A stretch of DNA of 64,000 nt, taken from Camelus dromedarius. Lineage: Eukaryota. Both the position numbers and the translations under genes were made by a program. Numbering within the stretch: the first letter of the stretch is position 1; each line of letters starts with the position of its first letter. Below are positions 24,935 to 37,440 of the stretch, in pieces. The notes below the pieces were generated by a model. It made no database searches. It saw nothing but the letters and a program-made list of their open reading frames with translations, and had not been told where the DNA came from. Location of the stretch: the NCBI RefSeq assembly GCF_036321535.1, contig NC_087436.1, positions 107,324,001-107,388,000 of the forward strand, given 5' to 3'.

Positions 24935-25275
24935 AAATAAGTACTTCAGTTACTAATAACAGATCAATATTGGCCCATCAGTTGTAAGAAATGCAAGATA
25001 TGATAGGAGAAAATGTAGGTGGGGGAATGAAGGAGTATGTGGGAACTCTCTTTACTTTCCACTCCATTTTTCTGTAAATCTGTAACACAAAATTCACAAA
25101 GTGATTCTAAAGTTTACATAGAAAGGCAAATGACCCAGAACAGCAAACAATATTGAAGGAGAAGAACAAAGTTGGAGGACTGACACTACCTGACTTCAAG
25201 ACTTATTATAAAGTTATAATAATCAAGACTGTGTAGTATTGGTAAAGGAAGAGATGAATTGATCAACAGAAGAAA
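24935..25275 (+). mobile_element. L1MC-like fragments (3' UTR piece followed by ORF2 piece)
   Basis: gtatgtgggaactctctttactttc...ttttctgtaaatct, then aacaaagttggaggactgacactacctgacttcaagac. Confidence 0.75.
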
Positions 25276-25339
25276 AATAGAGAGTCCAGAAACAGAGGTG
25301 TCTGGGGGTTTTTTGGTGGGGTTTTTTGGTTATTAGCAA

Positions 25340-25505
25340 TAAACTTTCGATGTTTGACTACATGGTTTTTTTCAGCAAAAACTCCTATATATCCTGACTC
25401 TTTTCCTTACCTATTGGGAACCGTCCCTAGAAGCTATGTAACAGGCTGCCTTCCTCACTTACAATCCTCAGTAATGCCCCAAATAAAACATAATTCTCAA
25501 CTTAA
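25340..25505 (+). mobile_element. ERV1-type LTR 3' fragment
   Basis: aaaaactcctatatatcctgactc...tcctcagtaatgccccaaataaaacataattctcaac, with TATA-like and AATAAA motifs. Confidence 0.55.
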
Positions 25506-25699
25506 AAACAAATAAGATTTATTACTTCCTGCCTATAATCAATTAAAGGTTAGTGGGAAACACAGAGACGTCCAAGGAAGCCTAGCTGGTCAGAGAGGGG
25601 AATGGGAGGGGATGACACAATTGTGGAAGATGTTTGTTCTGAAAGGGAGTCATTTGGGCAAGTCGCTACAACACAACTTCATGTCATCGGCACACTTCT

Positions 25700-25875
25700 T
25701 GAAATTATGTCATCTGCTTGTTTGTATGTTTGTCTTGTCTCTCAACCCTACTAGAATACAAGCCCCATGACAATTGGGGCTTTGTCTGTCTAATTTACTT
25801 CTGGATCCTCCAAATTCTGAAACAATACCAGAAATTTAGTAGATACTCAATAAATATTGGTTGAATAAATGAATA
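25700..25875 (+). mobile_element. L2 3' end
   Basis: ctagaatacaagccccatga...tagatactcaataaatattggttgaataaatgaat. Confidence 0.8.
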
Positions 25876-26237
25876 GATCTCAATGGTATTAAATATAAAG
25901 ACACTGAACCCAGTGACTGCCTTCGAGCTTCTCTGGACCCATCAGTCTCTAGGAAAGGAGACCCAATGAGTGTGAATGAGAGCTGAGCATTGGTCCCACG
26001 ATGTGGGTTACAAGGGCAGGGAGCTAGGGGCTTGGCACATTAAGGAACACTGAGTTGGGGAGTTTGGCCTAAATTCTGACACAGTCCATGGGAATATACA
26101 GCCACCCCTGGCTCTCAGCTGGCTCTCTCAGCACTGCATTTGAGAGAGAGTTTTTAGGATGTGGCAGGGTTCAGAAGAATGTTACTAAGTTGGCAATGTT
26201 CTGCCTTAGAAACCAATGCCAAGATGTTGGGTTGGGA

Positions 26238-26465
26238 CATAAAAAACAAACTATGGTTACCAAAGGGGAAAGGGTGGGGAGGGATAAATTAGGGGTTTGG
26301 GATTAACAGATACACACTACTATATATAAAATAGATAAACAAGGACCTGCTGTATAGCACAGGGAACTATATTCAGTTTATTGTAATAACATATAATGGG
26401 AAAGAATCTGAAAAAAATACATATATATGAATGTAGAAAAAAAAAAAAGAAGAAGAAGAAAAGAA
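26238..26465 (+). mobile_element. Artiodactyl-type L1 3' fragment
   Basis: atggttaccaaaggggaaaggg...gggataaattaggg...tgtatagcacagggaactatattca. Confidence 0.85.
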
Positions 26466-26999
26466 GATGTTGGGTCCAACCTAAAAATGACTCTGAACTT
26501 GGAAGAGACATTCTGAGGAGAGGCTGACATTAGTACTTCATATGATTTTATGTCTAAGAGTATAGAAAACTTAAGCCAAGGAGAAGCTGTTTTGTTTTGA
26601 CAGGTTGTTTCCTGAAAAGTAATTATAAATGCATACGTAGAATTGTGTTGCACTCAAAGTTTGCAAATGAGTAGGGTCTGTTTATCTCTTTTTTTTTAAA
26701 CTTAGTATCCTCCCATTTTAAATGTAATAATTCAGACTTTTGCATGTGTTTCATTCATTCACTAAAGTATTCAGTCCTCAAATACACATTTATAGAGAAG
26801 CCACTATATGCCAGACTTATAAACATAAGATAAACACTGTCTTTGTCCTAAAAAGAACCATAAATTTTAGTAGGGACTACATATAAACTCATAGACAGTT
26901 ATAATACAGTACTATTAGTAAAGATAAAGTACAGAATGCTATTGAAATATATGATGAGAAGTCCCCATCCCAAACTGAGGGCAATTGAAAACCTATTCT

Positions 27000-27265
27000 G
27001 AATGCCGTGGAGCATAATAATTTCAAAAGTGAACTATGGTAACAGGCTGCCAAAGTTCCATCCCAGCCCCTTCCCTACTAGCTCAGTGACCTCGGGCAAG
27101 TTACTTCATCTCTCTGAATTATCTCTACCTGCCTGTAAACTGTGCACAATAACAGAAACCTATTTCAATAATTCTTGTGAGAGTTTAAGGAGTTGATAAA
27201 TCAAACGGGCTTAGAACAGTTCTTGGCATAGTTAGTGATCATTCTAATAATAATTATTATAGTTA
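27000..27265. mobile_element. MIR SINE
   Basis: ctactagctcagtgacctcgggcaagttactt...ctgtaaa...cttagaacagttcttggcatag. Confidence 0.8.
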
Positions 27266-27399
27266 TTGTTGTCACAAGTGTGACATCCAAGCTGATACTC
27301 AAAAAGAAGAATAGAAAGTGAGGCAAGGAGGAGTGATCCAGCAAGAGAAAAAGGGGAAACAAATGTGCCAAAGACCAAAGGAGGAATGGAAATAAAGGC

Positions 27400-27800
27400 C
27401 ACCCAGAGGCGAATGGTCTGTTTAGACAGCATTTGCTGTAGCAAGGAGCCGGCCATCATCAATTGCATTTGGCAGATACTCAAAGGCTGCCAGGGAAGAA
27501 GGAAAGCTTCATAATAAAAAAATAGGGGGAGGACTCAGATACCTTCTGACCTTGTTGTTAGCACAGGGAGGCCGGAGTTGGGCTCACTAGAACCAGGGCA
27601 TCCTAGGCAGTTGGTTTGGGGAGCATGCTTGGCTTTTTCTGGTTGTTCCTGAGTTCAAAGCAGGAGGCAGAGGAGCAGAAAAACAGAGAAGCTGGCCGTT
27701 TCTGGCCACGTTCTGACTATTCTGGACCAGCTGCTGCAGAGCTTGTGGTCTGGCTTCCCGGGCTTCCCTTTGGATCAGACTTTCATTGTCATATATGGCC
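27400..27800. mobile_element. ERV LTR-like element, subfamily unassigned
   Basis: ttggtttggggagcatgcttggctttttctggttgttcctgagtt resembles ancient ERV LTRs. Confidence 0.4.
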
Positions 27801-28109
27801 TGACTATTGTTTGCTTGCATACGCATTCTCTTAGAAGAGAGTGGCTCTTTCCAGGAACTACAAGTTGACTCTAAAGAGAGGGTATAGCTCATCAGGAGAG
27901 GAATAAAAATAGTGAGTGGTAAGCAAGGCAAGCAGAAGCCAAATTATGCAAGGTCCTGTGTTGCCTGTCTGTCTGTCTGGAAGAGTGGGTGACTTTAACA
28001 ACAGTTCACTTATTGTGCAACTGGAACAAAATAGAAATCATTCCAAGCAAGCCCATATTTGGAAGACCCATCTGTATGCTGTTACTCCCTGGGTGGACAT
28101 ACTAAGTAC

Positions 28110-28707
28110 TCCCACCCCATGACCAAGATCTCCATGTGGTAATCCATGAGCCATGGAAGAACATGAGTTTACACAGCAAAAGGGACTTTGCAGATGTGCT
28201 TCAGGTAAAGGATCCTGAGATGCAAAGATTTCTCTAGATTACTCAGGTGAGCCCAATCTAGCCACGTGAGTCCTCAGAAGTGAAACGGGATGGCAGAAGA
28301 GTGGGTTGAAAAGATGCAACAACAAAAGAGACACAGGAGATGGTAGCATAAAAGGGACTCAACCTACTATTGCTGGCTTTGAAGATGGAAGAAGGGAGCC
28401 ACAAGCCAAGGAAAGCAGGTGGCCTCCAGAAGCCGAAAATGGTTCTTAGCTGACAGTCATCCAAGAAATGGAGACGTCAGTCATACAACCCCAGAAACTG
28501 AATTCTGCCAACAACCTGAATGAGCCAAGAGACAGACTCTCCTTTAGACCTTTGAAAAAGAAATGCAGCCCTGTAAGTCCTGTGGTTTTATCCTGGAGAG
28601 ACTTACCTCAGACTGCTGACCCACCTAAATTTAAGGTAATAATGTGTGTTGTTTTAAGCAAGCAAGCATGTCCTAATTTGTTGCAGCAACAATGGAAAAC
28701 TAATGCA
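28110..28707 (+). mobile_element. MaLR solo LTR (MLT1D/E-like)
   Basis: caaaagggactttgcagatgtg; aactgaattctgccaacaacctgaatgagc; ends aaactaatgCA. Confidence 0.85.
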
Positions 28708-29919
28708 CTCAGTAAAGTTTATAAAGCTTTTCTTTTCTCTCTCAATAAAAGGGCATTCCACCACCCCTGGGCCTCTGTAAGCCCACATTTCCTCCTTTAT
28801 AAAGTGGACTATCCAGAGATCACCAGTACAGGATCATCTTGGGATTGGTATGTGTAAGGTTTTCATAGCCAACTCCTTCTATTTGCTTTGAATATAAAAA
28901 CAACAGCTTTCATTTATTGCATTCATACTATATGTACATGATGTCACACAATTTGTTTAATCCAAGCACTAAGCCCAAGAGGTGGGCATTTTTATTCTCA
29001 ACAAGCATATGAAAAAACTGAGATCCAGAAAGGAAGTAATGGACCTAAAGTGAGAATGTTGTACGATGACACCACCACCGTTTACAGCCAGTCTGTCTCA
29101 CTACAAAGACAGAAATGTTCCCACTACAACATTCCCCTTTTCACACTTACGAACGTTTCAGAAACAGAAACATGCTGACTGTTTTACTGGCCTTAGCAAT
29201 CACCTACTTTGGAGCTGATTCATAATATCAGAGGGTTTCTTGTTTAATTTCTGGAGGAATTAATGATTCATAAGCATAATTAGATATGGCATGAGCACTG
29301 ATGATGGCAATCAATGGAATTCAAACAACATGATGATCCAGCCGAACTGAAGATTAAAAAAAATGTTAAGTAAAACTTTTTCCCCCTCATCAACGTGGCA
29401 AAGCAACAGAGCATTGCATAGTTAATATTTATCATCCCAGAACTGAGCACTTTGCTTCTGGTCCGTACAGTGTATTTGGTGCTGTAATGAAACTTTCCCA
29501 TTTTTTAAGAGCAGAGCTCCGAAGTCAGAAAATTCAGTCAAGGAACCATGGACAAATCACATGGTCTCTCAACACCCACGTCTCCTCGTCTGTAAAAGAG
29601 GAATATTAATAGTGCCACCGCACAAGTGTTGTGCATATCAAATGAGAACAAACAGGATTCTTCAGCTTTATCAGACAATTCAGGGTAACTAATTCTATGC
29701 ATAAATATGTATTTTAACATGAGCATCTGTTACTAATCTAGGGATCTTGAAGCCCTAAGAGGTCATTTGGACGCTGTTCTGCATCTGGATATTTAGGGCA
29801 GGATTGTTTTAAGTATTAAAATTTCCAGAGCTTTCTTTCATAGTTACTATCACCTTCTTTATTTTAATGAAGCTCTTTTCTTCTTATTTGATCTTTGAAA
29901 ATAGAAAACATTTTTAAGT

Positions 29920-30450
29920 TTTTGGTCTATTGGAAATAGGGAAAAGATGCCCACCCAGGTTAACTCAAATATAAAGACAGCATTAGAGACAAGAGGCTGA
30001 GCAGCACGGGAGGCAGTGGGCACTATCTGAAATGATAGAGAGACACCAGGTACCCAGTGGCAGAAAATAATTGCAACTGGAACTCAAGGGATTTGAAGCT
30101 GGGGGCTGAGAAAATCTTTGCCTCTCAGGAAAGACTGGTGTCTCCCATTCCAGCTTCTCTCAACACATCTACTCCACTCCTCTCCTGCTCAAAGAACCTT
30201 CATGCATCCAATTTGCTACAGTTTCAAAATGGCCAGTCCATCCGACAATGTTACCACATAGACCTAGTGCCGGTTACCAAAGAACTCAGCCTCCAGCCCC
30301 TCAATTCCAAACACCCCCGAGAAAGGAAGGCAATTGGGCAGGATTAGCTTTTTAATGAGGTTACACTAATTATATGTCACAGGAAACTAAATTTTTCCCA
30401 TGTCTAGTCAGCTGTGGCCAAGAGCGGAGCAGGATAATGTAGAACAAAGA
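29920..30450 (-). mobile_element. Old MaLR LTR (MLT1-type), degenerate
   Basis: ccaggttaactcaaat...aattccaaacacccccgagaaagg...attggg...gtcagctgtggccaag. Confidence 0.4.
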
Positions 30451-30656
30451 AATGGGGAGATTCCCTCAAAAGAAGCTGCGGCAGAAATTTGCAAAGGTGA
30501 TGTCTCACCGCAGAAAATAACTACACTGAAATTCTCCTAGTCAAACTGTAAATGTCTTAACATAGGATTAATTTTGACCAAGTGCCTACCATATGGCAAA
30601 CGTAAGATAACTCCAGGTCCACGCCCCTGTGGACCCACACCACCACTTTCTCTGCC

Positions 30657-31150
30657 TGGGTTTGTTTTCTATCGCTGCTGTGACAAATTACCACAAACTT
30701 AGTGGCCTGAACCAACACCGAGTTATTATCTTGCAGTTCTGGGCATCAGGTGTCCACAATGGTTCTCACTGAGCTAAAATCAAGATGTCAGCAGGGCTGC
30801 TTTCCTTCTGGAGGCTCCCAGGGAGAACCCATTCCCTTGCCTTTTCCAGCTTCTCGAGGTTCACAGTCCCTTCCTCCACCTTCAAAGCCAGTCCTGAAAC
30901 ATCTCGTCTCCTCTCACCTCTGCTTCAGTCCTATATTCTCTCCCTGACTCTTATCCTCTTGCCTCCCTTTTTTAAGGATCTGGGTGATTACTCTGGTACC
31001 CTCCAGATGATCCAGGATAATCTCCCCATCCAGAGATCCTTAACTTAATCACATCTGTAAAGTCTCTTTTACCATGTAAGATTGTCTATTCACAGTTTCT
31101 AAGAATTAGGATGTGGACATCTTTGAGAGGCCATTATTCAGCCCACCACA
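30657..31150 (-). mobile_element. MaLR solo LTR (MLT1C/D-like) with a 5-bp TSD
   Basis: TG...CA termini; caaattaccacaaacttagtggc; ccaggataatctccccatc; perfect TSD CTGCC at 30652-30656 and 31151-31155. Confidence 0.9.
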
Positions 31151-31986
31151 CTGCCTCACATGGAGCAGGAGATTAATAAATGCTTCTCTAGTTGTTTACT
31201 GAACTGCCATTCCTGCTAAGTGTGCTCATATTTTAAATCTTGAAGTGAAAAAGAAATTCTGCATAAACGTTCCTTTTTCTCTTTGTTTCCAATACTTGGG
31301 TCTTCTGTTCCCCTAAAACTTACATTTGTGGCAGATATGAAAATGCACTTGAACAGCTGAGAAAGACAGAAGTATGTGATTTCAGTTGCCAGCCCAATCT
31401 TCTCTTGTTAAACCACGAAAACGTGACATTTGAAAGAGAAAGGGTGCATAACAATTCCATTTTGTAAAATACTCTTCCAATTCGGGAGCACAGGGTTTTA
31501 GTTACAGGTTTCCAAGTATCCTCCCATCAAGCATTAAAATAAGGAGTCAAACAAAAAATCAAGGGTTCCTTGGAAAGGATAGTGACAAGGGCTCTCTAAT
31601 TCTTTATGTGCTCTTTGAGGAAATGTTTAAACAGAAAAAAAAAACAAATGATGGCCTTTCTGAGTTAAAACAGTTCCAATTGCTTCAACAGATCACTGCA
31701 CAAGAGTGAGCAACCACTTATTGAAATTCTGCCTACTGGAATCACCTCCAGTGCCCTCTTGTTCATGGAAAAGTCTGTAATATTAATCAGATATGGCTTT
31801 ACAAAAGTTGGTGCCAAACATAAAAAGCTCGGTGCTGGAATCACGTGACCCCTACACAAGAATTGCACAAGTGATCCCCCGACGTTGTCCAGGTGGCCCC
31901 AGTGACTCCAGCCCCACCACCATGACAACCCTCTAGTTTTTCTGCTGCCCTGCTCTTGGATTGCTGATCTACAGTGTGCTCCATAA

Positions 31987-32743
31987 GAGTGTGCAGAAAG
32001 GGCACCCTCCTACACTGTTGGTGGGAATGTAATTTGGTGCAGCCATTATGGAATATAGTATGGAGATATCTTTAAACACTAAAAATAAACTTACCGTATG
32101 ATCCAGCAATCCCACTCCTGGGCATATACCCAGAGGAAACACTTATTTGAAAGATACATGGATCCCAAAGTTCTTAGCAGCACTATTTACAGTGGTCAAG
32201 ACATGGAAGCAACCGAAATGTCCATCAACAGATAATTAGATATAGACTGGGGTGTGTGTATGTGTGTGTGTGTGTGTGTGTGTTATATAAATAGAATACT
32301 ACTCAGCCATTAAAAAGAATGAAATTAGCCATTTGCAGCAACATAGATGGACCTACAGATTATCATACTAAGTAAAATAAACCAGAGAAAGACAAATATC
32401 CTGTGATATCGTTCATATGTATAAATATGAACTTATTTACAAAACAGAAACAGACTCACAGACATAGAAAACAAACTTATGGTTATCAAAGGGGAAAGGT
32501 GGTAGGCATAAATTCTGAATTTGGGATTTGCAGACACTAGCTGCTATATATAAAAATAGATAAACAATAAGGTCCTATTGAATAGCACAGGAAACTATAT
32601 TCAATATCTTGTAATAATCTACAATGAAAAAGAATATTAAAAAGAATATATGTATGTGTATAACTCAATCACTATGCTATACACCAGAAACTAACACAAC
32701 ACTGCACATCAACTATATACTTCAATAAAAAATTTAAAAAAAT
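31987..32743 (+). mobile_element. Artiodactyl-type L1 3' end
   Basis: ccctcctacactgttggtgggaatgtaa...tacaccagaaactaacacaac plus A-tail; degenerate flanking gtgtgctccat/gtgttctccat. Confidence 0.9.
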
Positions 32744-32812
32744 ACGTGTTCTCCATGAACTTCTGTATATCTTATGTTGGTTTTAAATAATTGGGTATGC
32801 TGACATATTGTA

Positions 32813-33131
32813 CAGGTCCATAATCCTTTATTTGCAAATCTTGGCAGTCAAGTGTTCAGAATTGGGGGGTTAGAAAAGAAACACAAAGTAAATACTATTA
32901 AGTTTAACACCCCTGGTAGGTCTGGGTCAGTATCCCTTAATATTCCTGCAGTAAAATATATAAATATTCTCACCAAGCAGAATAAACTGAGATGATAACA
33001 ACCCAGGTTGTTTAACATCAACCCAGGTCAGCTTTTGCTGCCAAGTTTGTTTCAGAAATAAACTTACTAAAAAGGATTCAATATTCAGAAACTTATGGTT
33101 TTAGAATTTCAGATAAGGGATTATGTACCTA
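32813..33131. mobile_element. TcMar-Tigger-type MITE
   Basis: TIRs CAGGTCCATAATCCTTTATTT and AGATAAGGGATTATGTACCTA (17/21 complementary), TA on both sides. Confidence 0.75.
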
Positions 33132-33339
33132 TATTACAAGTTGGTAGGTTGGTTTATTTTTTCTTTAATTTTTGTTGTTGTTGTTGTTGTTTAGTATCCA
33201 CATGGAAGCTCAGGGAAAAGTTCCAACTCCTAGAACCAAAGGCTAGAACACTGGAAAGAGTTTCAGTAACACAGCGCGCCCCCTTCACGTTACCATCAGG
33301 GAAACTGTGGCACAAGTGGTATGAGCGGCTTGAGGAGGT

Positions 33340-33600
33340 TGTAAATTGTCTGGACAAGAACCTACACTGTTGACAGCAGGCAGACCTAGGCTGAACTCAG
33401 CTCTAACTTAAATGTGTCATCTTGGCAAATTTATCCCCAGCCTTATACCCCAGAGAACCATGATTCTCTCTGTGTAGAGAAGACCCTTGCTCACAGGGCT
33501 GTTAGGAGCATTAAGTCAGCAAAAGCAGGTGTGGTACTTGGCACAGTGAGCTGCACATACTACGTGCTCAGTAAGAGACAACCATTGCTACCCTTAGGTG
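33340..33600. mobile_element. MIR SINE
   Basis: cagacctagg...tgtgtcatcttggcaaattta...gtacttggcacagtg...gctcagtaa. Confidence 0.65.
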
Positions 33601-33639
33601 ATTTTCATGGTTGTTATTGACCTAATGCAAGTAAATTAG

Positions 33640-34510
33640 TAAGTATTTACTGAATTCCTCCTGCAAGACACTGTACTAGATCACAGGGATGAACAAGGCA
33701 GAATTATCTGCCCATTACTCTGCAGACAATTTCAGGGACTGTCTTACAACTGTGTTTTTAGTACACAGCACAGTCCCTGACACATAGTAGACACTTAATA
33801 TGTGTTTGTTGAGTTGAATTAAACTCAAAGTGGTCACAATCTAACAGGGGATGTAATAATGCTAAGAGTGAAGAATATAAGAAGTACCTAAGAGTTTTTC
33901 AAAGTGCTATGGGAATTAAAAAAAAAAGATTTCTTTTTGTCTTGGAATAGGGAAGGACTCTAAAGAGGAGGAAACATCTGTGCTAAACTTTAACAGGAGA
34001 CTAAACATTCATCGGGTATAGTTGAGAGTTTAAAAAAAACGGTGGGGGGTGCATTACAGGCAGAAGGAAGAGCTTAAGAGAATCTCTACAAAGGTGGACA
34101 ACTGCATAGTATGTTTAATAAGAAGTGGGCTATGTGCTTAGGGCATTGTGTGGAGAAACTGCATGGACCACATGCACGGCGGAATTAATTCCAGCCTGTA
34201 ATGTTTCAGAGGTGAGTTAAGACAAAGTCAAATAAAATCTGGAATGATACATGAAGGAGTTAGATAACTAAAGACATGTTTATCTTGCTTTGTTTTAGCA
34301 GAAGACAATGCAGGCCAGCATGACTTGGGCCAAGCATTCGGAAAATTGCTGTGGTGGCATTTTGTACAAAGGATTAAAGGACAAAGAAAGAGAATGAAAG
34401 TAAGTAGGCCTATCAAGGGTATATCAAAAAGCCCTTGATGAAAATGACAAGCACTTGAACCAGGGCAGGGACAGAAAGACAGCCAGGAGGGGAGAAGTGA
34501 AGGAGACATA
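33640..34510. mobile_element. L2 fragments
   Basis: agtatttactgaattcc; cacatagtagacacttaata; ggaggaaacatctgtgctaaac. Confidence 0.55.
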
Positions 34511-34515
34511 AGGAA

Positions 34516-34655
34516 GGGGGTGGGTGTAGCTCAGTGGTAGATCATATGTTTAGTATGTGGAGATCCTGGGATCAATCCCCAGTACCTCCATTAAAATAGA
34601 TAAGCAAGGAAATAAACCTAATTGCCTCCTCCCCCCTCCAAAAAAATTTTTTTTA
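34516..34655 (+). mobile_element. tRNA-derived SINE (camelid Vic-1-like), diverged copy
   Basis: ggggtgggtgtagctcagtggtaga (A box)...gggatcaatcccc (B box)...aaacctaattgcctcc tail; paralogous to the copy at 37254. Confidence 0.8.
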
Positions 34656-35404
34656 AGAGGCATACAGAGAATGGATCATATCTGGCAACCAATTAGACAT
34701 CAGAAGCAAAGAAAACAGCAGATTCAAAAATTACCCTTAGTTTTTAGACTCTTGAGGGTTACGATGATGCTAAAGAAAAGAGAGGGTACAGATGATGGGT
34801 TAGCATGGTAGGAAATTATGAGTTAATTCTTAAACTGAACAACAAATTACTCACTGTTCAAAGTCAAAAAAAAAAAAAACAAAAACAAAAACCTGGCCAG
34901 TGATACCAAGAAAGTAGACCTTTAACCAACAGCAGTTAGTCGCAGAGGCTAAAGTCTTTAGAATCAAGTAACGGGCCTGCTGATCTTGTCCTTATCTGGG
35001 GGAGGCCATGCTAAGGCCGCGTGCTATCAGGGGAGTCCATGAGCTGTGGTCCCCTTTCACAGTACAGAGATTACACTGCAAGGGCACAAGTCCACCCAGG
35101 AACCGCTGTCACAGGTTGCCCCTGCTCTGCAGGCAATGAGATAACTGCCTCAAAAAGAACCCCTGAGTATCTCTGCGGGCCCTCTGAGCTGGAAGGGAGG
35201 TGAGACAGGCCGGTGCTTTCACACAGGGCCCTGCAAGTGCCCAGCTTGCAGCTGTGAGATGCTGAGAGTACAGGCCTCTTGAATTTTGTACATTAGGTAC
35301 CTCCTTGCGTCACCCCTAGTCCCAACCCTAGGAGTAATGTAAGCTCTTTTCCAGAACAAAGGAGAAATAAAAGTTCTTTATTAAGAAGTCGTTACGTTGT
35401 CATG

Positions 35405-35596
35405 CAGGAGTCACAAAAATTTCCCTACAAAGGACCAGGCTTTGCAGGCTGTCTTCAATTCTACCGTGGTAGTGGGAAAGACCAGAGACCCGAGACCACC
35501 TGTAAGGAATGGGCACGATCACACTGCGATTAAGCTTTGTTTACAAAAATAGGATCAGGCCAAGTTTGGCCCTCGGGTCACACTTTGTCAACTCTG
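35405..35596. mobile_element. MER58A-like hAT MITE
   Basis: caggagtcacaaa...aatgggcacg...ttgtttacaaaaatagg...tttggccctcgggtcacactttgtcaactctg. Confidence 0.75.
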
Positions 35597-35659
35597 TTGT
35601 TCGGAAGGAGCTAACCAACCTTAGGATTACATTCCAGATGCATCAAAAAATACAAATTT

Positions 35660-36070
35660 ATAAAATCTCTCGATCTGAACATGCACCTCTGTAAAATATG
35701 ATAATGATACCTTCCTCGTTGATTTGTGGAGATTAGAAAAAAATGTATGTAAAATGCCTCATAAATAATAGGTTTTCAAATAAGGCGGTGGTCTTTTTAA
35801 TCACAAGTCATAATATGAATAATAGCTAACACTGACTGAATGCTTTTACAATATACAGGCTTCTGTGTAAAGCACTTTGAAAGATTGTTCATTTAACCTT
35901 CCAACAACACACTGAAGTCCAGACTATTACAGCATACCTTTCTACTCACGGGGAAACTGAGGCACCAAGCAATGCCCAAGAGATGCTCACACAGATAGTA
36001 AATGAAATTGCTGGCACTTACTCCCAAGTAAACAGACTCCCGGGGCTTTGGTACTAACCTCTGTGCTAGT
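35660..36070. mobile_element. Two oppositely oriented MIR fragments
   Basis: ctctgtaaaatatgataatgatacct, then aatagctaacact...ggggaaactgaggcac. Confidence 0.7.
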
Positions 36071-36458
36071 TAATTAGCTCCACTAACTCTGCTCCAGTTC
36101 AGCTCAGAATCTTCTCAAATTCTGCAGGGCTTTTCATGACGCATCACAGCCTAACACAACTGCAAATAATTTATACACAACATTTGGAAATTCACCTTCA
36201 GGTTAACACTCAAATAACATCTTACTCCAACCCCCTCCCTATTTCCACCTCTCCCAGCAAAGAGCCCCAGATGAGGAAAACCAGAACAGTATTGAGACAG
36301 CTAATGCAAACCCATTTCAAAAAATGTATCCTATAATCACTCTAAAAACTTGCCATTTCAAAGCTACACTGCAGAATAGCATCCTGGATTAATTATGCCA
36401 GACTGCAGCAATAACCTTGAATTAAAGCTGCAACCTTCTATTTTTAAGAAACACTTGC

Positions 36459-36686
36459 CTTTCTGGTTGATGAAACCTGTCGTCCCATCAGGTAACAGGC
36501 GTGACCAGGAAAGAGAGAAGCGGTAATGAGTCAATCCAAGCTGTTTGATACATTTCAAATCTTCCTCCCACAGAGTGTAGCTGCCACAAGCTACATCGCC
36601 AGTCTGGTTCTTGAAAACTCTCTCTCTTCCCTGATGGGTGAATGTGTCCCAGACACTAGGGCCTTTTCCATCTGCATCCCAGCCTC
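36459..36686 (-). CDS. GBA3: GBA3 cytosolic beta-glucosidase, coding exon 2 (about aa 20-96)
   Basis: Translates as (G)[75 protein letters not shown](G), a GH1 N-terminal region. Acceptor ttcttctttttctcag|GA, donor AAG|GCAAGT. 228 nt, phase 1-1, no stops. Confidence 0.96.
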
Positions 36687-37253
36687 CTGAGAAAAAGAAG
36701 AAAATGAAATGGTTACACTCTTGACATCAAGAGGCATATGTGGAATGCAAATATTTGCCACCAAAAGAACATCCCTCATTAACTCAATGTACCATATTTA
36801 TAACTTTAAAATATGCCTTTAAAATAACATGCATGAGCGGCATATATGCATAATATAACAGCTGTCCTTGATCCCTGAAGCTGACTGGTGGCAAATGAAA
36901 AATGACTGCATAAGGCCGCTGCATAGCAGGCTTTCGTGGTTCATTATCTGAAGATCTCTCAGCTGGTAGACAGAGGCAGGACTCCGCTTATGAATGTCTG
37001 AGTTGAAAACATCTCCTCCTTGTGCACGTTTTCCCAGCCATAACTGACACGCCTTGTCCTTGTTGGGTAGGAAGCAGTCTTGGGACCTTATCTTTGGCCC
37101 TCAACACTTGAACCCTATCCGCCTGTCATCTGACAATGGAGCCCGTGATGGTCCAGTCAGTTACCATGGGGATGGCACTAGTTTCTGCCATTGTTGAGAT
37201 GACTCTGATATCCTACATTCATTCATTCATATCTCCTTTAATTCAATAAATGC

Positions 37254-37338
37254 GGGGGGAGGGTATAGCTCAGCAGTAGAATGTGTGCCTAGCATGCACG
37301 AGGTCCTGGGTTCAATCCCCAGTCCCTCCATCAAAAAA

Positions 37339-37401
<63 letters not shown>

Positions 37402-37440
37402 ATACAAACCTAATTACCTCTCCGTCAAAGCCAAACAAAC
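37254..37440 (+). mobile_element. tRNA-derived SINE (camelid Vic-1-like) inserted in an L2 tail
   Basis: ggggagggtatagctcagcagtaga...gaggtcctgggttcaatcccc, (TAAA)n, aaacctaattacctc; flanks aataaatgc/aacaaatgc as probable TSD. Confidence 0.85.
37339..37402. repeat. (TAAA)16 microsatellite within the SINE
   Basis: Perfect tetranucleotide run. Confidence 0.95.

Noticed and set aside
34516..37330. tRNA-like A/B boxes at 34516 and 37254
   Set aside because: These are SINE heads with shared tails, not tRNA genes.
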